Assembly: GCA_964612665.1 (NCBI GenBank)
Contig: CAZTCI010000003.1
Location: forward strand, 969 to 64,968
Direction of reading: 5' to 3'
DNA from: an uncultured Planctomycetales bacterium
GTDB lineage: Bacteria > Omnitrophota > Gorgyraeia > Zapsychrales > JAHFFX01
Length of the DNA stretch: 64,000 nucleotides
The position numbers were made by a program, and so were the translations under genes. Under the pieces are notes generated by a model. It did no database searches. It was given only the letters and a program-made list of their open reading frames with translations, and was not told the origin of the DNA. This document shows, in pieces, positions 9,943 to 19,089 of the stretch. Positions within the stretch are counted from its first letter, which is position 1. Every line of letters begins with the position of its first letter.

Positions 9943-11565
9943 TTATTTTGGTTCAACACTCGCTTCTTTATAATCTTTAAAAGGTTTAACTGATCCCTTT
10001 AGTGAATTGTAATCATCTTTAGACGTGACGACATGCGGTGTTATAAAAATAACAATTTCCGTGCTGGCAATATTATCACTCACACGGCTGAAAAATTTTC
10101 CAACCCAAGGCACATCCATAAGGTAAGGCAGACCTTTTTTGGTATGAACCTTATCATCTTTCTTAAGACCACCCATAATAATAGTCATGCCGTCTTTGAC
10201 CATGACGGTTGTTTCAACTTCAGTTTTATTTGTTTGTGGAATGCCGCCGCCTTTGGATTGGATTTTATCTACGACCGTAGAGATCTCTGGTTTTAAGCGC
10301 ATAATAACCACACCATCATCATTAATAATAGGCGTAACGGCCAGCTTCAACCCAACATCAACGAAACGCACATCTTCACTAGTAATAGCATTGTCACCCG
10401 TACCTGAGGTTGTTGAGATAATATAAGGAATCGTGTCACCAATATGAATCCTTGCTTCCTCATTATTAGTGACCATGATTTGAGGATTGGAAAGAATTTT
10501 TGTATCGCTTACCTGCTTCAAAGCCCGAGCCGCCACCGAAAAGTGATCAGCATTGACTTGACCGATACCAATTTTACCAAAAGCATTACCTAAATTATCC
10601 GACGTTGATAACTTTGGATTATTCAAATAAAGATTTTGAAAACTAATTTTGCGCAGCTGCGGGTCAGGACTATCCTTAAAATCCAAATTCCAATCAATCC
10701 CTAAATCAAAAGTCGGCTTAAAAGTCACTTGTAAAATGCGGGCCTCAATCATCACTTCTTTCGTCGGAGCATCAAAACCCTTGATCATCGTTTTAATTTC
10801 TTCCAGACGACTAGGCAAAGCGCGCACAATCAACTGATTACTGCGTTCATCGGCCATAATAGAGCCAACCCCGCTCGCATCGATGCGCGAACGCAATTTT
10901 TCACCAACGACCTCAGCCTTGGCATATTCCATAGTAAATATATAGGTATTCAAAGGTGTTTCCAAAGTTTTCAAGGCATCCTGCATCTTGGCCAAAGCTT
11001 CCGGCGTATCAATTAAAACAAGCGAGCCGGTATCTTCATCAATAATAATCTTGCCAATAGAACTCTTAATATTATCCAGAGCCGCCAAAATGTTGGCTGG
11101 CTTCGCATAATTCAACTGCAAAATCCTGACTTCAGTTTTATCGCCAAAGATGCGGCCATAGGTTGCTTCGTATTCACTAGCATTCATCACCTGCACAATG
11201 TCACCGGGCAAAATTTTATAAGCTAAATGATTCGAAATGACCGCAATGTCTAAAGCATCTTTGATAGCGACACTTTTCAAAAGCAGGGTAACGCGCCCTT
11301 CCACCTTGCTGCTGGTGACCACGTTAAATTCACCTTTGGTCGCAAGAAACTTAATCACATCGACAATATTCATGTCCCTGATATCCAGTGTAATCTTGCG
11401 CTGCAGACGCTTATCCAAAGGTTCCTGCGGTTCGTTAATCTCGATATATTTGGCTTCATCGACAGGGGCTTCGGCTTTTACTCTCGTCGGGGGCGGCCCC
11501 AAAAGAATAAACAAACCAATCATGAACAAAAATACCCTGCGGGTTTTATTTTTGATCGATTTCAT
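9943..11565 (-). CDS. secretin (PilQ/GspD family outer-membrane channel)
   Basis: N-terminal signal. N0/N1-like domains. Secretin core motifs: LSNPQIMVTNNEEARIHIGDTIPY, VDVGLKLAVTPIINDDGVVIMRLKPEIS, GGLKKD...KGLPYLMDVPWVGKFF...TEIVIFITPHVV. Confidence 0.8.
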   Translation of the reverse strand: MKSIKNKTRRVFLFMIGLFILLGPPPTRVKAEAPVDEAKYIEINEPQEPLDKRLQRKITLDIRDMNIVDVIKFLATKGEFNVVTSSKVEGRVTLLLKSVAIKDALDIAVISNHLAYKILPGDIVQVMNASEYEATYGRIFGDKTEVRILQLNYAKPANILAALDNIKSSIGKIIIDEDTGSLVLIDTPEALAKMQDALKTLETPLNTYIFTMEYAKAEVVGEKLRSRIDASGVGSIMADERSNQLIVRALPSRLEEIKTMIKGFDAPTKEVMIEARILQVTFKPTFDLGIDWNLDFKDSPDPQLRKISFQNLYLNNPKLSTSDNLGNAFGKIGIGQVNADHFSVAARALKQVSDTKILSNPQIMVTNNEEARIHIGDTIPYIISTTSGTGDNAITSEDVRFVDVGLKLAVTPIINDDGVVIMRLKPEISTVVDKIQSKGGGIPQTNKTEVETTVMVKDGMTIIMGGLKKDDKVHTKKGLPYLMDVPWVGKFFSRVSDNIASTEIVIFITPHVVTSKDDYNSLKGSVKPFKDYKEASVEPK

Positions 11566-12247
11566 ATTTTATGGTGATCTCCTCATCTTGGTTCGTTAAA
11601 ACCGCTCGATCCGTATAAATAGTTTGGACGGTCCAATTTTTTATCTTTTCGCCTTGATGCGCAAAGTAAGTAATATTACTTTCTTTATCCTCAACCATGA
11701 CAGCCGCCGATTCCGGCGTACTTAACCAGGAAATGCCGACTAATTTTAAATTTTGAGCGGGATTATTAACTTTTTGCGAAACCGCTGGGACGATGCCCTG
11801 CTCATTGATCTTGCGTTCAAACGGCTGAAAAATATTGCGGGCATCAATCAAACTCAAATAATACGACAGCTGTCTCACCGGAGGAACAAGGTTTGCATTC
11901 ACTTTACCGCGTGGTCCTGATTCAATATCTAATTCGGTGCCGTGGTTGACTAAATTGAAACCATTAAAAAATTCAACCAAAAAAATGAGAACAACGGCAG
12001 CCACCGCCAAGATCAGTAATTGGTTGAGTTCTTTAAGTCCAAACTTAAATGAAGGATTAGTTGATGAGGAGACTTGCTCAGAAAAAACTGATTGCAGAAA
12101 AGAAGGCATGTTTGGCGTCACGCTTTTACCGCGGACTGCTTCCGCCATTTGACGGGCGACATCAGATTGAGAAGCATCTTTAGGGTCGCCGCTGGCTGCG
12201 GACGCGGGGAGTATTTTTTTGGAATCTTCTGCGCTCTCTGGGGCCAT
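11546..12247 (-). CDS. PilP/GspC-like secretin-associated membrane protein
   Basis: Single TM helix (LLILAVAAVVLIFLVEFF). C-terminal beta-domain resembles the PilP homology region (LKLVGISWLST..AAVMVEDKESNITYFAHQGEKIKNWTVQTIYTDRAVL). Lies immediately upstream of the secretin with overlapping ends. Confidence 0.45.
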   Translation of the reverse strand: MAPESAEDSKKILPASAASGDPKDASQSDVARQMAEAVRGKSVTPNMPSFLQSVFSEQVSSSTNPSFKFGLKELNQLLILAVAAVVLIFLVEFFNGFNLVNHGTELDIESGPRGKVNANLVPPVRQLSYYLSLIDARNIFQPFERKINEQGIVPAVSQKVNNPAQNLKLVGISWLSTPESAAVMVEDKESNITYFAHQGEKIKNWTVQTIYTDRAVLTNQDEEITIKYEIDQK

Positions 12248-12424
12248 ATTAACGTGTATGCTTCACGAACATACTTACAGGTTTATACGTTCATTACTCG
12301 AAAAGATCGACGCTGCTGCATACTTCCACAGAAGAATTATCAAAAGATGAGATTTGTTTCTACTTAAAAATCCGCTTTTATCGTCGGACAATACGCTTTT
12401 TTATTGAACAGTGTGATTATCCTA

Positions 12425-13453
12425 TCATAAAGCCTTTTGCTTGCAATGATTTATTCGTTTTTTTTTACAACTTTTTTTAGGAAACAAAAGATTTAAAATC
12501 CCCGAGGAGAAACCAGCACTTCGCGCGCATGCGCGCAAGCTCATAACTTGACTTAAATAAATAATTTCTTTAATTTCCTTTGTTATTTTTAACGCGTAAT
12601 AGAATTCAATTAGAAATAAAATAATGAGTGGTATGAGAGTCAACCCAAAAATTATTTTTGACTTTAAAATGAGCGACACCAACAGACATAAACTAAATAG
12701 TAAAGCTAAAGGAATCTCAAGAATGTCTTTCCAGAAAGTATAATCATCGCCCAAACTCATCTGCGGATGGTCCACGTACATTTTTATCCGCCAAAAACCA
12801 TGTCTCCACTGTTCTTTAAGATATTTCATGAGACGCGTTGTATGAAAATGTTCGACGCGGGACTCTTTTTCAAAATAAATCTTATGCCCGGCCTTAATAA
12901 TTTTGTAACTAAGATCATTATCCTCGCCACTGGGATAACGGTAAGTCGTATCAAACCCTCCCACTTCTTTAAAAATTTTTTTCCGCACACCGAAATTATA
13001 ACTGCCGAAAACTTTTGGATAGACTGGCATAAGTTCACGGTGGCGGAAAATAATCTCGTCGTGAATAACACGCGCTAAAATGAATTCAGGATTGGCAATG
13101 CCATAGCTTCCTGCGACAACCGCGACAGTTGGATCCTTAAAATGTGCCGCGCCTTTGGCAATCCAATCAGACTGCGGGACACAATCGGAGTCCGTAAAAA
13201 AAATAAATGCGCCAGCGGCCAAAGACGCCCCTTGATTGCGCGCCACGGCTGGGCCTTGATTGGATTGATAAAAATATTTGACTTGAGGAAACTGTTTGAG
13301 AATGGTCGCCGTTGCGTCAGTTGATCCATCATCGACGACAATAACCTCATAAGGGTGGGAATAATTTTGATTTGAAATCGCTTTTAACGTTTGGGCAATT
13401 GTTTTGGCACCGTTAAAAACGGCGACAACAACGCTGACAGACGGATTATCCAT
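12425..13453 (-). CDS. family 2 glycosyltransferase with C-terminal transmembrane domain
   Basis: VSVVVAVFNGAKTIAQTLKAISNQNYSHPYEVIVVDDGSTDAT plus a DxD-like DSD motif. Start set at the internal MDNPSVSVV codon; the ORF-track N-terminal extension looks spurious. Confidence 0.75.
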   Translation of the reverse strand: MDNPSVSVVVAVFNGAKTIAQTLKAISNQNYSHPYEVIVVDDGSTDATATILKQFPQVKYFYQSNQGPAVARNQGASLAAGAFIFFTDSDCVPQSDWIAKGAAHFKDPTVAVVAGSYGIANPEFILARVIHDEIIFRHRELMPVYPKVFGSYNFGVRKKIFKEVGGFDTTYRYPSGEDNDLSYKIIKAGHKIYFEKESRVEHFHTTRLMKYLKEQWRHGFWRIKMYVDHPQMSLGDDYTFWKDILEIPLALLFSLCLLVSLILKSKIIFGLTLIPLIILFLIEFYYALKITKEIKEIIYLSQVMSLRACARSAGFSSGILNLLFPKKSCKKKRINHCKQKAL

Positions 13454-14123
13454 GCTTTCGACAAATTGTGTAGAGCAGCATTCCAAAAGTCGAACCGACA
13501 ATTTGGTCCGGCGAAAAAGCCAAGGGCAGCGTATTAATTCCGCCCTGGGCAATCACGTCAAATCCGGCGTGCTTGTGCAAATGAATAAGATCTTTGAGAA
13601 TAAACGGCGTCTCTTCAATCCCTGGCATAAAAAAAGGCCGAATCAATTCCCAAGGCGACCACCGATTAGGAACAACAGTCACGATAACTCCATCAGATGA
13701 TAACACTCCGGATAAATTTTTTAAAATGTTTGCTTGGTCTTCAAAGGGAAAATGTTCTAAAAGTCCGTCGGTAAAAATGAGATCGAATTTTTTATTGACC
13801 GCTGACAAATTCGCCGACAATAGATCATGCTTTAGAATTTCGGTTCGCCCGGAGGTCAAACGCTTGGCGATATCAAGCGCGCCTTGGGAATAATCGAGCG
13901 AAACCGTTGTCATGCCCGCGTCACAAAAATAACGCGAAAAAAAACCGCTGCCGCATCCGGCATCAAGCGCTTTTTTTCCGGACACGGCATACGGTTTTAA
14001 AATTTTCATAATCCTTTTTTTGGACCAGCTGATTTGAGTAAACGCTTCAGTTGAATCTTTTTTCCAAAAATGATCCCAGTCCCCGGACTGAGGTGTTTGA
14101 ATTGTTTTATTTAGAACTGTCAT
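13446..14123 (-). CDS. class I SAM-dependent methyltransferase
   Basis: Motif I LDAGCGSGFFSRYF, followed by the acidic motif II LDYS. Confidence 0.75.
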   Translation of the reverse strand: MTVLNKTIQTPQSGDWDHFWKKDSTEAFTQISWSKKRIMKILKPYAVSGKKALDAGCGSGFFSRYFCDAGMTTVSLDYSQGALDIAKRLTSGRTEILKHDLLSANLSAVNKKFDLIFTDGLLEHFPFEDQANILKNLSGVLSSDGVIVTVVPNRWSPWELIRPFFMPGIEETPFILKDLIHLHKHAGFDVIAQGGINTLPLAFSPDQIVGSTFGMLLYTICRKHG

Positions 14124-14481
14124 CGTTAAAATTTTTTAGATGTTTGGTTAATCTCTGTAGTTCAAATTCCAGTCGGCCGATTTTTTGCGCCATCATGTCG
14201 TTGCGGTTATTTTGCTGGCATAAAAATATGGTCAAAAATAAACTCAAAAAAACAAAAAACGCCAACAAAACGAAAAAAATAAAATTACTCGGCACTTCAA
14301 AACCGAAGTAGCGCGACATTTTAAAAAGCACTTCATGAAAAATCACAAAAAACAATCCTGCAACACCAATAAGAAGCCAGGCAAACGCGTACTTAAAAGT
14401 CAGCTTTTCTCGACGGATTAATTCAACAACCGTCAAGAGCATGCCTAGCGTAATAATGAGCGCCAAGACTTTAATCGGCAT
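14107..14481 (-). CDS. DUF2304-like small membrane protein (GtrA-like partner of the GT2)
   Basis: ~120 aa with 3-4 TM helices and REKLTFKYAFAWLLIG. The typical GT2-adjacent arrangement. Confidence 0.6.
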   Translation of the reverse strand: MPIKVLALIITLGMLLTVVELIRREKLTFKYAFAWLLIGVAGLFFVIFHEVLFKMSRYFGFEVPSNFIFFVLLAFFVFLSLFLTIFLCQQNNRNDMMAQKIGRLEFELQRLTKHLKNFNDDSSK

Positions 14482-15319
14482 TCAGGGAAGTTCTTTCTTT
14501 TTTAATCATGTGAAGTAAAATCGCGAAGGTCACTTTGACCATGTAATAAAGTGTGCGCAGATAGCGGATAGAACTGTGCCCGTGCTGGCGCTTGCGCATT
14601 TCAACCGGCATTTCCTGAACGCGCGCGCGCAAAGACCGCGCCACCATAATTGCTTCGGGTTCTGGAAAGTCATGCGGATAATATTGCGCGAAGGCTTTAA
14701 TTATCTTTCCATTAAAAGCGCGGAAACCTGAAGTCGGATCCGTGACTTTATATCTCGTCAAGAAACTAATCAGCCAAGCAAAAAAATGAATACCAATCCG
14801 CCGCACAAACGACGATTGATAACCTAAATACGGCGGCAAAAACCGGCTGCCGATTGTCATATCCGCTTGACCACGGATGACGGGATCAATCAATTGACTC
14901 AAATAACGAATATCATGCTGACCATCGCCATCCACTTGAACGGCGAGCGTAAACCCTTTATCGACGGCAAATTGAAATCCAGTTTGAACCGCGCCCCCTA
15001 TTCCCAAATTAAAAGGCAAAGACACAACAAACGCTCCAGCGCGATAGGCTTCTTCAGCTGTTTGATCATTAGAACCATCATTAATAACCAAAATCGTAAT
15101 TGGCAGCGGTGAATTTTTTAATTCTTCAATGGTCTTTTGAATGTTGCCGCTTTCGTTGTAAGCGGGAACTATGACGAGAATTTTGTGGGTCACGGGTTTC
15201 GCAGAATTTGAAGACGGCATCACATCAGCTTGAACTACTATATTAGATTGATTGGAGTTCATCTTAACTAGCCAAGTGTCAGTGCCAGAAAATTCGTTGG
15301 TGTTGGTAACACCTAACAC
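14471..15319 (-). CDS. family 2 glycosyltransferase (polyprenyl-phosphate sugar transferase, DPM1/GtrB-like)
   Basis: ILVIVPAYNESGNIQKTIEEL...ILVINDGSNDQTAEEA...VQVDGDGQHD, then a C-terminal membrane anchor. Exact start codon is uncertain; there are 3 in-frame Met candidates. Confidence 0.75.
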   Translation of the reverse strand: MLGVTNTNEFSGTDTWLVKMNSNQSNIVVQADVMPSSNSAKPVTHKILVIVPAYNESGNIQKTIEELKNSPLPITILVINDGSNDQTAEEAYRAGAFVVSLPFNLGIGGAVQTGFQFAVDKGFTLAVQVDGDGQHDIRYLSQLIDPVIRGQADMTIGSRFLPPYLGYQSSFVRRIGIHFFAWLISFLTRYKVTDPTSGFRAFNGKIIKAFAQYYPHDFPEPEAIMVARSLRARVQEMPVEMRKRQHGHSSIRYLRTLYYMVKVTFAILLHMIKKERTSLNAD

Positions 15320-15343
15320 TTCCCACGTAACACCCTTGAATTT

Positions 15344-15715
15344 TTAATTCTTCACAAACCCACTTTCCTGTAACTTTTTAAGCAAACTAAAATCAATAAG
15401 TTTCTGATTCAACAGAATAATCATGCCACCTTTAATACGCGGTTCTCGACGGATAGTGACCTTAACGGGTTGGCCGCGTTTTTTTGCGGCGGAACGTTCA
15501 ATGCGTTCCAGCATCTTAGAAGGACACTGGTTGGCCACAACAACAACCACTTCCGGTAACTGCGGATCAAATTCTGAGGCAAACATGACTTCAAAACGGT
15601 GCACGGCGGATTCCATTAAAGAATGGTTGAGTAAAAAACCCAGAATGAAAACGATAATACCGATGACAATGATTTGAAATAGGAAAATTTGAAGGAGGGC
15701 GGTGGTTAAGGTCAT
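15344..15715 (-). CDS. hypothetical membrane protein
   Basis: N-terminal TM helix. No recognisable motifs. Stop/start-coupled to the downstream and upstream genes. Confidence 0.4.
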   Translation of the reverse strand: MTLTTALLQIFLFQIIVIGIIVFILGFLLNHSLMESAVHRFEVMFASEFDPQLPEVVVVVANQCPSKMLERIERSAAKKRGQPVKVTIRREPRIKGGMIILLNQKLIDFSLLKKLQESGFVKN

Positions 15716-17016
15716 TGGACTTGAGCTTGGGCTTTCTGTAAATTTTCTTTTTCGGAGGCAAGGTAAAGAGCGGCGGCGTTCACGAGATCAACATTTTTAT
15801 CTTCTTCTCTTCGATCCGGAATCAATCCGCCGAAACTAAAGACACTTCCATCCGGAAAATGACCGCGGGCGGTTACGAGTAAAAGCATGGATTGGTCGTC
15901 AAAATTAAACATGCTTTTTAACATCACCTGACCGGCGGTGTTCGCTCCCATCAAAATCGCCCGGCCGCGTTTTTGCAGGACGCCCGAAAAAAGTTCGGAG
16001 GCGCTCCCGCTTTCTTTATTGACGAGAATGACAAGCGGGCCATGATAACGAAAGCGTTCTGGAATAAAAGGAACATCTAACGGAGATTGGACTTCTCCTT
16101 TTCTTTGAAAATAAGCGAATTCTTCCTTCGGCGGTAAAAAGAAAGCGGAGATTTCGCGTGCCGCTAAAGGCGGGCCGCCGGGATTGCCGCGCAAATCCAA
16201 AATCAGCCCAGAATTTTCTTGTTTTTGGATCCAGACGAGATAACGCAGCATATCATCAGATGTTTTTTGATTAAAGCTGCGGATTTGCAGGCAATAAATG
16301 CCGGGAACTCTAACCGGGACCATAAAAACGGTTTGTTTAAAGTATTCTTGGCTGACGACCTCAATTTTTTTCGGATGATTGTCACCGAAAGTCAAATAAT
16401 CCAGCCTGACTTTAGAATCGACCAAAGGATTTAATAAGTCTTGAACTTGGTCTTCTTTCAAAGATTTACTGGGCCGGCCATCAATGGCTAAAATTATGTC
16501 CTTAACCCTTAAACCCTGAACATAAGCATCTGAGCGGGGTTCAATCATTGTAACAACATAACCAATCGGCAAGAGTTTGCCTTCGATGCCGAGATCGACT
16601 TTTTTACCGAGGACTTTTTTCTCAAATTTTTCGGCGAATTTAGGCGGGATGAATTCAGAAAAGATATCTTCTTTGGATTTAAGGTCCTGAATCATGTAGG
16701 CGGCGCCCCGCCATTTCACATAATTGTCAGACTGGCCTTCTTTTCTTAACTCTGTATAAAGCCGTTTTTTAAATCGCTGAATGAATTGACTGTAAATCCG
16801 CGCATCAACCGGAAGATAATAATTTTCTTCCATGGTCTTGTACACTTTGTCGAAAAACTGAAGGAAAGGTTTGTAATCTTGGTCGCGGGGAGATTTCATA
16901 GACTTGGCGGACAATTTTTCCGTCGCTGAGGCGGCGGATATACAAAACGTAAAGAGCATTATCGCAAGAAAACCCGCGGCCAATCGTGACGGCAATTTAA
17001 CTGTGACTAAATACAT
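15712..17016 (-). CDS. ctpA: C-terminal processing peptidase (S41 family, PDZ-containing)
   Basis: LILDLRGNPGGPPLAAREISAFF and PLVILVNKESGSASELFSGVLQ. Signal peptide MYLVTVKLPSRLAAGFLAIMLFTFCISAASA. Start moved to 17016 because the longer track ORF runs through a terminator hairpin. Confidence 0.75.
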   Translation of the reverse strand: MYLVTVKLPSRLAAGFLAIMLFTFCISAASATEKLSAKSMKSPRDQDYKPFLQFFDKVYKTMEENYYLPVDARIYSQFIQRFKKRLYTELRKEGQSDNYVKWRGAAYMIQDLKSKEDIFSEFIPPKFAEKFEKKVLGKKVDLGIEGKLLPIGYVVTMIEPRSDAYVQGLRVKDIILAIDGRPSKSLKEDQVQDLLNPLVDSKVRLDYLTFGDNHPKKIEVVSQEYFKQTVFMVPVRVPGIYCLQIRSFNQKTSDDMLRYLVWIQKQENSGLILDLRGNPGGPPLAAREISAFFLPPKEEFAYFQRKGEVQSPLDVPFIPERFRYHGPLVILVNKESGSASELFSGVLQKRGRAILMGANTAGQVMLKSMFNFDDQSMLLLVTARGHFPDGSVFSFGGLIPDRREEDKNVDLVNAAALYLASEKENLQKAQAQVQ

Positions 17017-17060
17017 AGTAGGGGCATTATAACACAGCAATTTTAATTGCATACAAAAGG

Positions 17061-17135
17061 ATAAAAAATGCACGCCGGGCGCTTGAGCTGTTTCGCCCGA
17101 ACTTTTACGCCCGGCGAAACAGCTCAAGCGCCCCC
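17061..17135 (-). terminator. rho-independent terminator after the 17229..17609 gene
   Basis: A ~22-bp GC-rich inverted repeat (cgggcgcttgagctgtttcgcc / ggcgaaacagctcaagcgcccg), followed on the minus strand by a TTTTTTAT run. Confidence 0.6.
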
Positions 17136-17228
17136 GTCATCCGCCAAACTTCCATCTAAAAAAATTCCCGCGAGCCACTTACGCGACTGCGGGAATTCAT
17201 TTACAGAAATTTTAAATATTCTAACCGC

Positions 17229-17609
17229 TTACCATTTACTGCTGTTTGTATTTGAACCCCACCTGGTTTCAGCGGATGAGCTTGTTGCCTTCGCTTCTTT
17301 GGTTTCTATTTTTTGGGCCGTTGTTTTAGCAGAATCGGTAACTGACGTAGAGCGCGTTGTGTTCCAAGCTGAATTAGAAGCGGTATTTGAATTTGTTGAA
17401 GTATTTGAGTTCCAGGCTGAGGTTGTTGATTGAGTTGTCGTTGACGCCTTGTGTCTAGTTTGTCTATCCGGAACAATATTAGACGTTGCCTGAACGGTTT
17501 GTTTGGTTTTATTACGTCGGTGCCAGTTAATCAGCTGTGCGGAACTCGTTTCAACAAACGCAAAAGTTAATAACATAATCCACCCCATCACAAAAATTTC
17601 TTTTTTCAT
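17229..17609 (-). CDS. small secreted S/T/N-rich low-complexity protein
   Basis: Signal peptide MKKEIFVMGWIMLLTFAFVETSSA, then a Ser/Thr/Asn-rich tract. Confidence 0.5.
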   Translation of the reverse strand: MKKEIFVMGWIMLLTFAFVETSSAQLINWHRRNKTKQTVQATSNIVPDRQTRHKASTTTQSTTSAWNSNTSTNSNTASNSAWNTTRSTSVTDSAKTTAQKIETKEAKATSSSAETRWGSNTNSSKW

Positions 17610-17661
17610 ACAACCCTCCTTACTATTTTTTAAATTTTAAATTATTGCTGCCATATAAAAC

Positions 17662-18225
17662 TTAACGGGCATACGATTCTAGCTCCGGAAGCTCATTAGC
17701 GGTAATTACACCATCATGATTGCGGTCAAATTCGTAAGTAATATCAGAATGAACCGGATAACTTCCCGACGACCTAACAACACTAGCCACGTGAGTCAAA
17801 AAAGTTTTAATTTCGCTTGAATCCAGCTTCCGGTCGCCATTCGCATCAAACCCTTCTTCTTCTTTATTATGCAGTGGCAACGCGCCGCCGGTACGCAAAG
17901 CTTTATGGACCTGACTTTCGACGGGCGCTTGAGTTGCCGCGGGCTGCGTTTTTACAGGTTCGGGAGGAGGTGCTTGAACTGAATCTTTTTTATCAGGCGC
18001 AGGCGCTTCAAGGGCCGGGGTGTTATTATCAATATTTTTCGACGGAGATTCAGATGGTTCTTGGCTTGTGGTAGCATTTGTTTCTTCAGTAGTCGTATTG
18101 GCCACAGATTCTGAAGAAGTGGAAGATGTTGAGACAACGGGTTCATTTAAATCAGCAAAACACAGATGAGCATAAATCCCGCCCATCACAGCAATGATAA
18201 AACCATTTAAAATAATTTTTTTCAT
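17662..18225 (-). CDS. secreted EF-hand calcium-binding protein
   Basis: Signal peptide. Two EF-hand loops (DANGDRKLDSSE, DRNHDGVITANE). Acidic and P/T-rich linker. Confidence 0.6.
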   Translation of the reverse strand: MKKIILNGFIIAVMGGIYAHLCFADLNEPVVSTSSTSSESVANTTTEETNATTSQEPSESPSKNIDNNTPALEAPAPDKKDSVQAPPPEPVKTQPAATQAPVESQVHKALRTGGALPLHNKEEEGFDANGDRKLDSSEIKTFLTHVASVVRSSGSYPVHSDITYEFDRNHDGVITANELPELESYAR

Positions 18226-18340
18226 AACTGTTCTCTCAATTTTATTGTTGGAGTGAGTTGGCTTTGAAATTAAGTTTTGACTGCCGTTATTATAATGTTA
18301 CCAGTTAGGCTGTCAATAAAAGACCGACATTTTTTAAACT

Positions 18341-19066
18341 TTATTTATGATCTGTGACCAGAGTCGGCTTAGTCTTTAAAAATTCTTTCAGCGTTTTCTC
18401 CTCGAGGGAACTTAGCTGTTGAAATGTTTCAGATATAATAAACTTTTCTTGAAACGTCTTTTTAAGCAAACCTGGTTTGACCGGACAATTGATCACAAAA
18501 TCTTCATGCGATCTTCCTCTCCGGTATTCAGGAACCCGCCGAGGCATTAAAAGAAATTTCTTAATGTCATCCATATTAAAATCGTAAAGAATCGTCCCGT
18601 GGTGCAAGATATAATGACGGCCGCGGTGCTGGGCATTGCCCGAAAATTTTTTATCACTGTCAATCAATGCCAAATCAGAAATCGGCCTAAAAACCGCCGC
18701 GACATCCAGAGTTTTTAACACCTCAATTACTTTCTCTAATATATAGCGGTATGATTTACCCAAGTCCAGCAAAGCAGGATCGCGGTCCTTTGCAAGGATC
18801 AAAGAAAAATTAAGACATCCGGGACCTTGCACCACTGTTCCCCCGCCGGAAAAACGACGATACACTGGAACGTTTTCTTTTTTGGCTGCCAAAAGATTAA
18901 CATCCTCTTCAAGTTTAGATATCCGTCCTAAAACAATAAATCTTCTTGATGATTCCCAAAATCTCAAAACTTCACCGCTGTGCCCAGCTTCGACCAGATG
19001 CAGTAAAACTTCATCAAAAAGAATATTTTCTTCCGGCGATGGCAGAGAAACATCTTTAAATAACAT
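18341..19066 (-). CDS. lipoate-protein ligase / octanoyltransferase family protein (LplA/LipM-like)
   Basis: BPL/LplA/LipB-fold motifs (RRFSGGGTVVQGPGCLNFSLIL). Sits next to the glycine-cleavage genes, whose H protein is lipoylated. Confidence 0.6.
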   Translation of the reverse strand: MLFKDVSLPSPEENILFDEVLLHLVEAGHSGEVLRFWESSRRFIVLGRISKLEEDVNLLAAKKENVPVYRRFSGGGTVVQGPGCLNFSLILAKDRDPALLDLGKSYRYILEKVIEVLKTLDVAAVFRPISDLALIDSDKKFSGNAQHRGRHYILHHGTILYDFNMDDIKKFLLMPRRVPEYRRGRSHEDFVINCPVKPGLLKKTFQEKFIISETFQQLSSLEEKTLKEFLKTKPTLVTDHK

Positions 19067-19089
19067 AACAAAAGCCCATTCAAGAATGA

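Noticed and set aside
12425-13552. Track N-terminal extension of the first GT2 glycosyltransferase (MPRAELIRCPW...)
   Set aside because: GT2 catalytic domains begin at the ...VSVVVAVFNG motif. The extension is basic, Cys-rich and overlaps the upstream methyltransferase gene, so a start at MDNPSVSVV is more plausible.
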